Source of the DNA: a virus
Lineage: Duplodnaviria; Caudoviricetes
Virus record (IMG/VR): IMGVR_UViG_3300020042_009157
Location: 1 to 61,388 of that record
DNA length: 61,388 nt
Direction: 5' to 3' (one strand)
This document shows, piece by piece, positions 28,890-38,860 of the stretch. A model generated the notes under the pieces. It was not told the DNA's origin and did not search any database. It saw nothing but the letters and a program-made list of their open reading frames with translations. A program made the translations under genes and the position numbers. Position 1 is the stretch's first letter; every line of letters starts with the position of its first letter.

Positions 28890-28915
28890 AAAAGGCCCCT
28901 TTCGGGGCCTTTTTT
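28890..28915. terminator. Bidirectional intrinsic terminator
   Basis: AAAAGGCCCC-TTTC-GGGGCCTTTTTT between convergent genes. Confidence 0.9.
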
Positions 28916-29786
28916 ATTCGTCTCCTAGAGACTTCAGGTAACTTTCAACATCCACATCCTCATCCACTTCCGTCTTGGGAGTGGGCTTTCGTGAAGGCCG
29001 AGCAGGTGCTTCATTCTCAATAGTGTCCTCTTCGGTGGCTTCACCACGAACATCGCCTCCTAGGGCATCTACGAGCTTTACCTTGAGTTCTGCGTAACTC
29101 TTGAACTCCTTGGGATTCACAAACTCCTTGAGGGCGTATTGCTTCTTCCATAGAGCCTCAAGCTTGGCGTCATCACCGTCAAGCAGTTCTGAAGCCGCAC
29201 TGAACTCAGACTTATCGTAGTTGACATAACCTTCAACCTTACGAATCTTTAGCTTGAAGTTGGCACCCTTCCAGAAGTCAAACGGATTTACTGCATTCTC
29301 GTCTTCAAACTCTGGGTTCATTTGTTCTTGAATCTTTTCAAAAATCTTCTTGCCATACTTAAACAGGAACACCTTACCCTTGTTTTGAGGAGCAGCAGGA
29401 TCTTCCACAACAAGAATATTAGACACGTAATTAAGCTTACGCTTACGATCACGAGCAATACGCTTATCGCTTTCAGTACCACTATTCCATAGCTCACTGT
29501 TTGCTTCACACACTGGGCACTTTTCGCCAAGGGTAGTGGGGCAGTTGTGAATAAACCATCCACTCTTTCCCTTAAACGCGTGAGAGTACAGCTTAACCCA
29601 TGGAATGTCTTCGCTTTCCACTGCAGGAAGGAATCGAATAACTGCATATCCATTACTAGCAGAGTCCAAAGTTGGTCGCCAAAATCGATCATCCTTGTAA
29701 TCGTTGTTCTTGTTACTCTTCTCAAGCTCCTCTTGCAGCTTGCTGGCCATAGTCGTTGAATTTTTCTTTAGATCTTTAAATCCCAT
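28914..29786 (-). CDS. gp32: Single-stranded DNA-binding protein gp32
   Basis: DDRFW..NGYAVIRFLP..CPTTLGEKCPVCE..FKYGKKIF..NPFDFWKGANFKLK; acidic tail. Confidence 0.96.
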   Translation of the reverse strand: MGFKDLKKNSTTMASKLQEELEKSNKNNDYKDDRFWRPTLDSASNGYAVIRFLPAVESEDIPWVKLYSHAFKGKSGWFIHNCPTTLGEKCPVCEANSELWNSGTESDKRIARDRKRKLNYVSNILVVEDPAAPQNKGKVFLFKYGKKIFEKIQEQMNPEFEDENAVNPFDFWKGANFKLKIRKVEGYVNYDKSEFSAASELLDGDDAKLEALWKKQYALKEFVNPKEFKSYAELKVKLVDALGGDVRGEATEEDTIENEAPARPSRKPTPKTEVDEDVDVESYLKSLGDE

Positions 29787-29807
29787 AATAGTTCTCCATT
29801 GTTTTTA

Positions 29808-29835
29808 AACATACACCATAACAACCAAATGTCAA
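29808..29835 (-). promoter_or_regulatory. N16-spacer promoter for gp32
   Basis: TTGACA-N16-TATGTT. Confidence 0.6.
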
Positions 29836-29839
29836 ATAA

Positions 29840-30070
29840 TTAAACAGGTAATTTTGAAGTTTTGGGTAAAAAGTTTAAATCTTGACCTTCTTGCTCTATT
29901 TTTTCTATAATAGGCTTGGAGAGTATCTTAGCAATACTCTCTACAGGTATATCTTTTGCTTCGCAAATATTCACGACAGCATTCAGATAATTTGTTTTCC
30001 ACTTTTCTACGTATTTTTCGACTTCTCTGCAGAAGTCGTTTTGTGTTTCATTGTCAAAAAATAAGACCAT
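29840..30070 (-). CDS. gp33: Late transcription coactivator gp33
   Basis: FCREVEKYV..YLNAVVNICE..KPIIEKIEQEGQDLNFLPKTSKLP; start at ATG 30070. Confidence 0.88.
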   Translation of the reverse strand: MVLFFDNETQNDFCREVEKYVEKWKTNYLNAVVNICEAKDIPVESIAKILSKPIIEKIEQEGQDLNFLPKTSKLPV

Positions 30071-30126
30071 AATATACCTATATATAGAAGATTTCTTAAA
30101 CTTTTTCCACAACCTCGGAGAAATAA

Positions 30127-31359
30127 ATGCCAGATATAGATCCTAACTTAATCGTAGATGTAACAGGTAATACCGCTTCTGTAGCAACAGACTATACAAC
30201 CAGCGGAATTACTAACTCTCATGTTCAACTAGTAAAATTGGTTTACGGTGCATCCACAAGCGGCACCCGAGTAACCACTACTACTCCACTTCCAGTGGAT
30301 ATTAGACTGGCAACCGTTACCGTAGGAGTTACCGGTAGCGTTTCTGGTTTAGGAAATTTTCGCATTTTAAACGGTCTATCCGGATCAACTTTAACAGTTC
30401 CTCTGGTTGTGAGTGGTACAACTGCCACCGGATACACTCCAGTTCAAATTAACGGTTACGTTCAAGGCATAACTTCCGGTGTGCCATTAGCTGTAACCGG
30501 ATCTGTATACGTTATTGATGGTGCTCGCGTACAAGGCATAACCACAGGAACCGCAATCAACGTAACCGGTGGTCGTTATCTGTCTTCTTCCAACGACAGT
30601 GTAACAGTGTCCGGTACCGTTGGAGTCACTGGTGGTCGTTACCTGTTACAATCAGCCGATTCTGTCAGAATTTTTGGTGGTAATGGTGGCGAAACCATGA
30701 TTCCGGTAACTTTACGTTCTGGTTCAGGAGCCTCGATTGGTTCGTCTGGTGGAGCACTGAACGTGAACATTGTTGGTTCAGGATTCACTGCCAGCGTATC
30801 CGTTGCGGCAATAGTTGGTATCAGCCAAGCAGATCAATCAGTTCCTCTATTCGTGGCAGGAGCCACTGCAGGCCCAGCAGTTCGTGTTAAGGGTACCTTG
30901 GGCGCAAACAGCGCAGTGGAAGTTGGTTGGAGTACCGCACAAAATGTGGCAGTAACTTCCAGCGTGGAAAGTAATGCTCAACTAATAACTGCTGTTCAAA
31001 CTCTACAAAACAATTACGTTTCACCAATCGTAACCAATACCGATAATATCGTAAACATCTACAATAAACTAAACGGTTCTGGTGTTAACGCACAAATTAC
31101 TGGATTTACCAGACCAGGTTCTGTTTATACTGGAAATACCATAATTGGTGTTAGTGGTGGTTCGTTAGGATCACAACAATTAAAGACTGGTATAACACTG
31201 AAGGCGGTTGGTGGAGACATCAGAGTGAAAGGTGCCAGTTCTTCTGGAGTTTACCTGTTAAGTTCTGGAGAAATTTTGTTTGTTGAAACCAACAATCTAA
31301 GTAATCTCACATTCACCACTTCATCTGGATCTGCAACTCTATATTACATAGCAACCTAA
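30127..31359 (+). CDS. G/S/T/V-rich virion structural protein (putative)
   Basis: GGAG RBS; VQGIT.G..L.VTG and VTGGRYL repeats. Confidence 0.7.
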   Translation: MPDIDPNLIVDVTGNTASVATDYTTSGITNSHVQLVKLVYGASTSGTRVTTTTPLPVDIRLATVTVGVTGSVSGLGNFRILNGLSGSTLTVPLVVSGTTATGYTPVQINGYVQGITSGVPLAVTGSVYVIDGARVQGITTGTAINVTGGRYLSSSNDSVTVSGTVGVTGGRYLLQSADSVRIFGGNGGETMIPVTLRSGSGASIGSSGGALNVNIVGSGFTASVSVAAIVGISQADQSVPLFVAGATAGPAVRVKGTLGANSAVEVGWSTAQNVAVTSSVESNAQLITAVQTLQNNYVSPIVTNTDNIVNIYNKLNGSGVNAQITGFTRPGSVYTGNTIIGVSGGSLGSQQLKTGITLKAVGGDIRVKGASSSGVYLLSSGEILFVETNNLSNLTFTTSSGSATLYYIAT

Positions 31360-31360
31360 T

Positions 31361-32692
31361 ATGTCTATCAGGAATATTAAGTCATCTAGTAATGTAGGAG
31401 CACTCACTATAAATGGTGTTCCGTATACATTAGCCAGATCAGACGTTTTTTATTACCTGAAATTCATAAACTACAGCAAAGAATTATTTAAAGCTGCTTC
31501 CAATTTAACAGCTAAACCTACTGTTATTTTTTATACCGAAAATGCTACCAATAAAGTAATATTAGATTACTCTTTGGCAAATACTACAGATAAAACGTAT
31601 CTGTCTGGTTTTTTTGCGAACCTGACTCAAACTAGTACTTTTAATTTAACTAATGCAGGTTATCTGGATAAATCAGAATTAGAAGCAAATATTGGTTGTA
31701 CTTTAACTTTCAGTGAATACAAAGAAAATAAAGTGTTTGCCACAGTAACTGCGGTAACCGATTTAAACACAGCTTTAGACGTATACTTTGCAGACTACTT
31801 TACTGACTCTCCACAATTATCAAAAGCGGGAAGTCTTGGAACCAATCCAACCACTTTAGATTACGCTCTAGTTTCTGTTAATCCCAGTACCAGCAGACCA
31901 TTATCATCATTAGGACTCATTGCAGGCGATGTGATTGAAGTAGTTAATTCTGATTCTGTAAACAATCAATTTAAATTTGAAATATCAGAAACCACCACAA
32001 TCAATCAACAAGAAGTTTTACGTTTAAAACCAATCTTTAACGACCAAGTTCCCACGATTGAATCTCTATTAGGTACCAGCTCGTTGGTTAATCTTTACGT
32101 AAAAGGAACAAGTACTCAAACACCAGTATTATCCGGAGATCTTGGATGTTGTTACAACGGCACCACAAAATTAGAAGACAATACCAGTTATCAGTGCAGT
32201 GTAAGAGGAAGTGATTATTCTTTTTTTGCGGGCTTATGTGCTAATTTAACGATAAACACTACACCAATAGTAATTCCAAGTTCTTCTAGTAATATTATCA
32301 GTGAAGGAATTGTGCCGGATATTACGTTTGCTAGTTATATTGATTATACAACAACTACCCCAACTGTTAAATTTATTCCGTCTAAAAACAATTTAAATGT
32401 AATTCAAAATAACATGATTACATTTTATCCAAACACAACATACGTATTTTCTCAATTAGACGGTTCTAATTTAAATTCAATAATAAGATTCTCGACCAAT
32501 AATGATACGTTTACTTCGTATTGCAATGGAATTTATGGAACACAAAAAGCCACTGGGATTGGTAGTTTTTCTTATATCAGATACTCTTCCACCATTCCTG
32601 AATTGTATATTTTTCTTGAAAAAAGAAAAACAGTAAATGGTGAACTAATTTTAGAGTATGTCAATACAAATTATACTTTAAAAATATCATAA
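31361..32692 (+). CDS. Hypothetical, probably structural
   Basis: Long ORF coupled to the upstream gene; one LGCC motif. Confidence 0.7.
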   Translation: MSIRNIKSSSNVGALTINGVPYTLARSDVFYYLKFINYSKELFKAASNLTAKPTVIFYTENATNKVILDYSLANTTDKTYLSGFFANLTQTSTFNLTNAGYLDKSELEANIGCTLTFSEYKENKVFATVTAVTDLNTALDVYFADYFTDSPQLSKAGSLGTNPTTLDYALVSVNPSTSRPLSSLGLIAGDVIEVVNSDSVNNQFKFEISETTTINQQEVLRLKPIFNDQVPTIESLLGTSSLVNLYVKGTSTQTPVLSGDLGCCYNGTTKLEDNTSYQCSVRGSDYSFFAGLCANLTINTTPIVIPSSSSNIISEGIVPDITFASYIDYTTTTPTVKFIPSKNNLNVIQNNMITFYPNTTYVFSQLDGSNLNSIIRFSTNNDTFTSYCNGIYGTQKATGIGSFSYIRYSSTIPELYIFLEKRKTVNGELILEYVNTNYTLKIS

Positions 32693-32695
32693 TTT

Positions 32696-35209
32696 TTAAT
32701 TATATAATTGATCTATAACTGATTGAACAAAATCAACTGAAGTTATAGCAGAACAATCTTTCAAGGTAAGGCCATCTGGAAATTGTTGTTTTATTTGTTT
32801 CCAACAGTCTGGAGTTGATGATTCTGGTAATTTATCATAATAACTAGAAGATTTGTGTATGGTATTTGGATAACATGGAATTGGTAATTTTTGTGAAATA
32901 TCATAAGAATATGTGCTTCTGCACGGATAATCCGGGTTTGGTAATGTTTTCCAAACAAAAGTATAGCTGCAAGGAGAATCCGTTTTAACAGTTAATTCGC
33001 CTGGTGTTACTCCTGTGGTTTTATCCCAGAAAAAATATTCGTATGGTTTTGTTACAAACCCTAAATTGCATTTAGGATTATCACAATACACGTTGTAGTT
33101 ATCTACAGTTAAACCTTTTTCTGGTGACCAGTAAGAAGTTAATCCTCTACGATCTTCTTTCCATTGTTCAAAATAATTTAATATGTATTTTTGAAAATTT
33201 GGTAAAGAAACACCTTTAACATCATCAAAATACCGAGCGTCTCGATCAATCATTATATAAGGATTAATTGTATAAGTTGTTTCTTCTTTTCTTTGATTGA
33301 CCACAACGTATCTGCCACTAGGTGGTGTGGTGCAACAACAATCAAAAGTTTGTGGATCATATTTATTACCATATCGGAATCGATAAAATTGTTGATTCGG
33401 CCCCCATGAACTACTTTGTGGGCAAGGACTGATACATGAATTATAATTTTCTGGAGGTGTTTTGCAGTCGTAAGTAATATATCCTTGATCCACCCAAGTA
33501 GGAATTTGAATATCAATAGGATCTTCGCATCTATCTATTATGAATGCCTGTTCACTAGTTTGAAGAGTGTAAATCTCGTACCATTCACAGCTACCTCCAC
33601 CAATGAATATATCTCTTCTAAAACTTTTTCGTCCTCCTCCTGCCGTGCCAGGAACATAATCAGCCAAATTATATTCTTCGGTCATTGGTGCATATCTACC
33701 AACTGTAGGCACATACCCCGATTCGTATGTAACGCAATCAGTTATATCGGGACATCCAGAAAAATCATAAACTTCTAATACTTCATACCATGTTGTTACA
33801 ACAATTCTAATTTGTGTTCTGTCAGCACATCGAGTTCCGTCTGGATCACAAGAAGAATTTTCACATGGAGTTTCAAATATCTTTTCACAAGAATTTTCAT
33901 TCCAATTTATTCCCTTTCCTGTTCCTGCTTGTGGATTACACCTATAATTTGGTATTCCTCCAGTATTATATGAATTGCATATTTTATGAATAGGACCGTT
34001 AATATCGTCTATTAAAACTTGGTTTGGAAAACCATCCCATTTAGGATCTGTTGCATCTAAATCTGAGCACGGACACGGTTGGTCTTGATCTGATCTTGGT
34101 GTTATTTGTTGAATAGTGTATTGTTGAACAAATTTTGTGTCTCCTAATGACAAATAACTGGAACCATTTTCGTCTTGACAACGATACACATCCACTTTAT
34201 AAACCAAAATATTTTCTGGTAATGATTGATAAAATGCATTGGATTGAATTTTATTATTAATTTTAAATGGAGGAATGGTGTAACATGCTTGAGTTTTAGT
34301 TCCTCCTAATCTGAGATCTGGAAGAGTTATTCCTTTACACCAGCGACTCGAACCCTGTTGAGAGCATTGTGGAATAAATGTTCCTGGTGCTATAGTTGAT
34401 TCAGTTTCTTGATCTACAATACCAGGAACTATGGAATAAAATATATGATTATCATTTTTTAAAGCTGAAGAGTAAAGATCAGAATAATCAACCGCTATAT
34501 TAAAAATATGTTTATCGTCTAAATTAATTCCAGTTTCTTGGCCTCCGATTGTGATACCAGCAAACACATTAACTTGAGTTATTCCGTAAGTAGTTTCAGC
34601 ATCAAAAAGATCACATATTGTTCCGTTATCGGTTATGTAACTTACTTCACCTGGACGTAATGAATTTAATGAAAGAGCTCTATAAATTCCACTTCTTTCC
34701 TCGTATCTTGTATTGAAGCATGTTTCAATATTGGTGTATAATGGTTTTGGTAGATCGCCACCAAAATATTTGTAAAATAATTTACCATTTTCAATATCAG
34801 ATGTTTTTATGAGAGTAATCCCTCTGTATTGAGTTGGCAATAATAAATTTCCTGTTATAACATACTTAAAATCTTTTTCTTGCATGTTATAACTTCCACC
34901 CCAATTAATAGCGATTCCATCTATTTGTGTTATAAATTTTGCATCAGACCATATTTGATGATCTAAAGAAATACCTATATTCTCGGTTAAAGTGATGCCT
35001 TCAATACTGTAAAGTGGTTTTCCTTCAACATCTTTTAAAATAGGTCCACAGGTTGTTCCACTTATTCCAGTATAACCTAAAAAGGATCTGGTCCAAAACT
35101 TAACACCAGGAGTACTAAAAACCGGATCTAAACCTAACAGTTTGGTTTGAAGAAACAGGTAAGCACATTCTTGTTTAACACAACAGCAACTAATCCGGTT
35201 ATTACTCAT
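32696..35209 (-). CDS. Large Cys-rich hypothetical protein
   Basis: 837 aa; SCCC start; many Cys and G-x-T motifs. Confidence 0.72.
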   Translation of the reverse strand: MSNNRISCCCVKQECAYLFLQTKLLGLDPVFSTPGVKFWTRSFLGYTGISGTTCGPILKDVEGKPLYSIEGITLTENIGISLDHQIWSDAKFITQIDGIAINWGGSYNMQEKDFKYVITGNLLLPTQYRGITLIKTSDIENGKLFYKYFGGDLPKPLYTNIETCFNTRYEERSGIYRALSLNSLRPGEVSYITDNGTICDLFDAETTYGITQVNVFAGITIGGQETGINLDDKHIFNIAVDYSDLYSSALKNDNHIFYSIVPGIVDQETESTIAPGTFIPQCSQQGSSRWCKGITLPDLRLGGTKTQACYTIPPFKINNKIQSNAFYQSLPENILVYKVDVYRCQDENGSSYLSLGDTKFVQQYTIQQITPRSDQDQPCPCSDLDATDPKWDGFPNQVLIDDINGPIHKICNSYNTGGIPNYRCNPQAGTGKGINWNENSCEKIFETPCENSSCDPDGTRCADRTQIRIVVTTWYEVLEVYDFSGCPDITDCVTYESGYVPTVGRYAPMTEEYNLADYVPGTAGGGRKSFRRDIFIGGGSCEWYEIYTLQTSEQAFIIDRCEDPIDIQIPTWVDQGYITYDCKTPPENYNSCISPCPQSSSWGPNQQFYRFRYGNKYDPQTFDCCCTTPPSGRYVVVNQRKEETTYTINPYIMIDRDARYFDDVKGVSLPNFQKYILNYFEQWKEDRRGLTSYWSPEKGLTVDNYNVYCDNPKCNLGFVTKPYEYFFWDKTTGVTPGELTVKTDSPCSYTFVWKTLPNPDYPCRSTYSYDISQKLPIPCYPNTIHKSSSYYDKLPESSTPDCWKQIKQQFPDGLTLKDCSAITSVDFVQSVIDQLYN

Positions 35210-35428
35210 ATAGTATATAATGCACCCGGGTGGGGATGCAAAGTATCTATAGAAATTCCATTTTCAATAAATACTGGTAGAAGGAAGGTGATTTCTAATG
35301 CAAATAATCAATTGGCTAAAAGCTCAATTAAACACCGTTCTAGTTAAATTAAATCTAAAACCACAACCCAAGAAGTGTCCAAAGAAGCAGTGCTGTAAAA
35401 AGTAAAGAGTATTCAATAATGGAATAAC

Positions 35429-35456
35429 GGGCTCCTACCTGTGACGGTAAGAGCCC
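35429..35456. terminator. Hairpin, likely terminator ending the tRNA/metabolic block
   Basis: GGGCTC..TACC-TGTGAC-GGTA..GAGCCC just after the SpoU stop. Confidence 0.55.
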
Positions 35457-35465
35457 TTATTCTTT

Positions 35466-36014
35466 TTACACTATTACCTTTTTACAGTAGTCGTACATGG
35501 CAATGCCACTTGCTGTGCCTACATTCAGGCTACGCACAGAACCGTACTGGGTGATGTATACGGTGTCCTGAGCCATCTGGAGCAGCTCTGGAGGCACTCC
35601 AACCTGTTCTTGGCCCAGAATGATTACCGCATGCTTATTGGTGGGCCACTGGTAAGATTCCAGACTAATGGAATTTTCCACATTATCCATGGCAACCAGA
35701 TGCAGTGGTCCTACTTCTTCCGCCAGCGTGTCAAGTCCTTGCACCAACCGATCCAACGTTCCACAATGTACAGAACGAACATAGTGGTGAGTACCAACAG
35801 TACCACGGCGATCATACTGCTTAGGCCCATAGATAAAAACTCGTTTAGCCAAGAAAGCATTAGCGTTCCGGATGCAAGTAGCAATATTAAAGTCATTGTA
35901 TAGGTTACTGCAAATAATAGAGAAGTTGTTTGCTCGTGAGTCAAGATCCGCAAGAATTGCTTCATGATTCCAGTAATGGTAGTGGTCAATGATGTTTCGA
36001 GATTCACTCGCCAT
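35466..36014 (-). CDS. SpoU/TrmH-family (SPOUT) RNA 2'-O-methyltransferase
   Basis: NDFNIATCIRNANAF, IILGQEQVGV and RSLNVGTASGIAMY SPOUT motifs; start probably MASES at 36014. Confidence 0.88.
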   Translation of the reverse strand: MASESRNIIDHYHYWNHEAILADLDSRANNFSIICSNLYNDFNIATCIRNANAFLAKRVFIYGPKQYDRRGTVGTHHYVRSVHCGTLDRLVQGLDTLAEEVGPLHLVAMDNVENSISLESYQWPTNKHAVIILGQEQVGVPPELLQMAQDTVYITQYGSVRSLNVGTASGIAMYDYCKKVIV

Positions 36015-36339
36015 CCCAGTTCTTGAAGAATTGATTGAAGTCAGGTCCGTCATTGTTTCGCTTTCGCTTCTTGTTCTTGTTTCCCAGATAAAAGTTCTTG
36101 TCGTAATACTTAAAGTCAGTAAATCCAGACCAACCTGTATTGTGTAGTCCCTTGGTTTCCAACTTGATGCCGTGCTTAACAAACCAAGATCCTAGATTGT
36201 ATCGTAACTGTTTTACTGAGCCAGGATAACATTCCTTGGATGGATTCCAATCACGAGCATCCATCTTTAAAAGAATACCAAATCCTAGATTAATGAGCTT
36301 CTTACCAAACCAAATTTTAAATGTATTAAATGTTTTCAT
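36004..36339 (-). CDS. Hypothetical protein
   Basis: ATG 36339 lies just 3' of tRNA-Gly; internal repeat WFGKKLINLG / LGSWFVKHG. Confidence 0.6.
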   Translation of the reverse strand: MKTFNTFKIWFGKKLINLGFGILLKMDARDWNPSKECYPGSVKQLRYNLGSWFVKHGIKLETKGLHNTGWSGFTDFKYYDKNFYLGNKNKKRKRNNDGPDFNQFFKNWDGE

Positions 36340-36341
36340 AA

Positions 36342-36412
36342 TGCGGGTAAAGGGAATCGAACCCTTGTCTACTGCTTGGAAGGCAGTCGTGCTACCATTA
36401 TACCACACCCGC
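36342..36412 (-). tRNA. tRNA-Gly(TCC)
   Basis: GCGGGTG/TACCCGC acceptor, ACTGC-CTTCCAA-GCAGT anticodon arm, GGTTCGATTCC T arm. Confidence 0.93.
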
Positions 36413-37330
36413 GTGCTCTGTCAAGTACTTTTTGAGAGCAAGATCCTTTGCCTTGGTCTCAAGCATAACATCGTATTCGCGCTTAGTAAAATACTTGAAT
36501 GCAGGAATAGGACCACGAATATAATCTGAGTGTGCCTGAGGTCGCTTACCTGGAGCAGACTCTGAATAGTGAATCTTTGGAACTTGATCTTCTGGCCAAG
36601 TGGAAAAACACAAATTTACTGCTTGTTCCACAGTTTCGTTAGAACAAAAGCGGTGGTGATGAAAATCGTAAACCAGACGAATTCCACACTTAGAGTAAAT
36701 CAAGTCGTACAATTCCTTTGGAGACCACATGGATGGCTTGTCGTCATTTTCCAAAGTTAGTTGTAGTTTAAGTGCAGGGTTCAATCGGTTGTAGTTTTCA
36801 CAGAAACGTTCTGCCGTAGTCTGCTTGTCTTCGTAAACACCACCAACATGAATATTAATATTAAAATCGTGATCGTGACCCAGCAGGCTACCAATCAGTT
36901 GGTGCATTTCCAGTGATCGCACAGACTTCTCCACGATCGCGCTATTAGGGCTTGCAAGGCATGTATAAGGCCCAGGATGGCACGACAGACGAATACCAGC
37001 CTGACGAGCAATAGAGCCTGCCTCAACCAACTCAGAAACAATATCCTGATGGTGCTCTCGTGACAGGTCTCCTAGAGCATACCCTAGATCAGGATGATCC
37101 ATAAATGGAAAAATTTCACTACTAACACGGAACATTTGAATTCCGTTATCACGGTTCCACTCCATGATCTTAACCAGATCTTTACTATTTTGAAGTGCCA
37201 GTTGACCTACACGATCCAAACTAAAACCAGACATACGCAGAGTGCGGCTGGTAGTAATTTGATCCTTCTTCTTAACGCCTTCGTTAAGAGACAGGTTCAT
37301 ACAAGCGTAACCAATTTTACGAATAGGCAT
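36398..37330 (-). CDS. uvsE: UV damage endonuclease UvsE/UVDE
   Basis: IGYAC..MFRVSSEIFP..RLSCHPG..LTLENDD..YDFHHH..KIHYSES..AHSDY..MLETKAKD. Confidence 0.95.
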   Translation of the reverse strand: MPIRKIGYACMNLSLNEGVKKKDQITTSRTLRMSGFSLDRVGQLALQNSKDLVKIMEWNRDNGIQMFRVSSEIFPFMDHPDLGYALGDLSREHHQDIVSELVEAGSIARQAGIRLSCHPGPYTCLASPNSAIVEKSVRSLEMHQLIGSLLGHDHDFNINIHVGGVYEDKQTTAERFCENYNRLNPALKLQLTLENDDKPSMWSPKELYDLIYSKCGIRLVYDFHHHRFCSNETVEQAVNLCFSTWPEDQVPKIHYSESAPGKRPQAHSDYIRGPIPAFKYFTKREYDVMLETKAKDLALKKYLTEHAGVV

Positions 37331-37339
37331 AATGTTTAG

Positions 37340-37413
37340 TGACCCCAGCGGGACTCGAACCCGCAGTCATCGCCTTGAAAGGGCGAGGATTTGGCCAGTT
37401 AATCTATGGGGCC
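37340..37413 (-). tRNA. tRNA-Glu(TTC)
   Basis: GGCCCCA/TGGGGTC acceptor, TCGCC-CTTTCAA-GGCGA, GGTTCGAGTCC. Confidence 0.93.
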
Positions 37414-37566
37414 GTAACTGTATTACTATACTACTTTTTTGGTAGAGCGCAAGAATTATTTGCACATTTCATACAAGATTTCATCGGCTTCTTAAACCAA
37501 TTTTGACGAATAACATCCATAATTACAAATGGAAACAGTACAGCCAAACACGCAAACAAAGCAAGA

Positions 37567-38340
37567 TCAGATACCAAGTCGTTTTGGTTTTTCATAGTGT
37601 TCTAGTTTAAGATTTCCATGCTCGTCTTCGTAAATAAAAGAACAATTTTCTTTTTCTGTCCAACAACCCGTATTTGCGTATACGATCTCGTCTATTTGTT
37701 TTATTTTAGGATCGTGTATGTGACCACAAATTATACCATCATACTTGTGTTGTTTGCAGTATTTAATAATAATACTTTCAAACGTATCCAAAAATTGTGA
37801 TGCTTTTTTAAATTTAATTTTAATGTGCTTAGATAACGACCAGTACTTCATTCCAAACATGCGTCGAAACCAATTCAACACATCATTCAGATCCATCATG
37901 ATGTCGTAGCCTACATCACCCAGTTTATACAAAATGGGAGAAAATGTAAATTTTGCGATAAAATCAAATTGATGACCGTGCATCACTATGAACTTTTTAC
38001 CAGAACTGGTTATGTGTTCTATAGTATCGTGCATATCAATATTTCCAAAAATATTGTGATTTTTAAATTTACTTAAAAATTCATCATGATTACCCAGCAC
38101 GTAATGAATTTTAGTTCCTTTACGAGAATGTCGTAAAAGACGTTCAATCACTTCCACGTGAGAAGACTGTTTATCTTGACTAAACGAAAAAGCTTGTTTA
38201 AAACGCCAAATATCAATTATATCACCAACAAGATATATTTGATCAAACTCGTTTTCTTTTAAAAAACTGGTAATTCGATCTGCTTTGCTTTTTTTAGAAG
38301 CAATATGTAAATCTGAAATAAAAACAGTTTTGTAATGCAT
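37567..38340 (-). CDS. LpxH/YbbF-like metallophosphoesterase
   Basis: FISDLH, LVGDIID, GNHD, HGHQFD and CGHIH calcineurin-like motifs. Confidence 0.88.
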   Translation of the reverse strand: MHYKTVFISDLHIASKKSKADRITSFLKENEFDQIYLVGDIIDIWRFKQAFSFSQDKQSSHVEVIERLLRHSRKGTKIHYVLGNHDEFLSKFKNHNIFGNIDMHDTIEHITSSGKKFIVMHGHQFDFIAKFTFSPILYKLGDVGYDIMMDLNDVLNWFRRMFGMKYWSLSKHIKIKFKKASQFLDTFESIIIKYCKQHKYDGIICGHIHDPKIKQIDEIVYANTGCWTEKENCSFIYEDEHGNLKLEHYEKPKRLGI

Positions 38341-38346
38341 CTACAA

Positions 38347-38562
38347 TTATTTATTGTTTGTAGACGTCTTGTTGCGCTTCTGTTTTGGGTTTGTATTAGA
38401 TTGAATTTGCTTAGGAAAACTTCCACGCATACTCTTACTAATAATCATGTGGATGTTGTTTACGTCTTTTTGAGTAAACAACATTCCACTGCTCGTCATG
38501 TACTTTAATACATTACGAGTAACTGTATCTGCGAGATTTTGTTGCTTGGACTTCATAAACAT
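38347..38562 (-). CDS. Hypothetical basic protein
   Basis: Fills the gap between tRNA-Ile and the phosphoesterase. Confidence 0.55.
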   Translation of the reverse strand: MFMKSKQQNLADTVTRNVLKYMTSSGMLFTQKDVNNIHMIISKSMRGSFPKQIQSNTNPKQKRNKTSTNNK

Positions 38563-38568
38563 ATTTAG

Positions 38569-38640
38569 TAGGATACCAGAGACTCGAACTCTGCAATAGA
38601 TCGTTATAAGCGATCCTGTCCCACCCGAGACTTGTATCCC
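38569..38640 (-). tRNA. tRNA-Ile(TAT), atypical D arm
   Basis: GGGATAC/GTATCCT acceptor, GATCG-CTTATAA-CGATC, CAGAG-TTCGAGT-CTCTG. Confidence 0.82.
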
Positions 38641-38646
38641 ATGCGC

Positions 38647-38850
38647 TTATTCTACCTCAGATTCGGTAGAAAGCAAGTTAATTCGTGACTTTTTGTTAGC
38701 AATATGACCGTTTTCATTACGAATCATATAGTTAGACTTCTGACGGTCCTGATCGTTTCCTAGACGATAATTGATATCAGTAATACCCATACCAATCAAT
38801 TCTTCCTTATGAGTATCAAGGAAAGCAATAAACTTATTGCAAGCATCCAT
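38647..38850 (-). CDS. Hypothetical protein
   Basis: MDACNKF start avoids overlap with 38861..39055. Confidence 0.55.
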   Translation of the reverse strand: MDACNKFIAFLDTHKEELIGMGITDINYRLGNDQDRQKSNYMIRNENGHIANKKSRINLLSTESEVE

Positions 38851-38860
38851 TGAATCTGAT

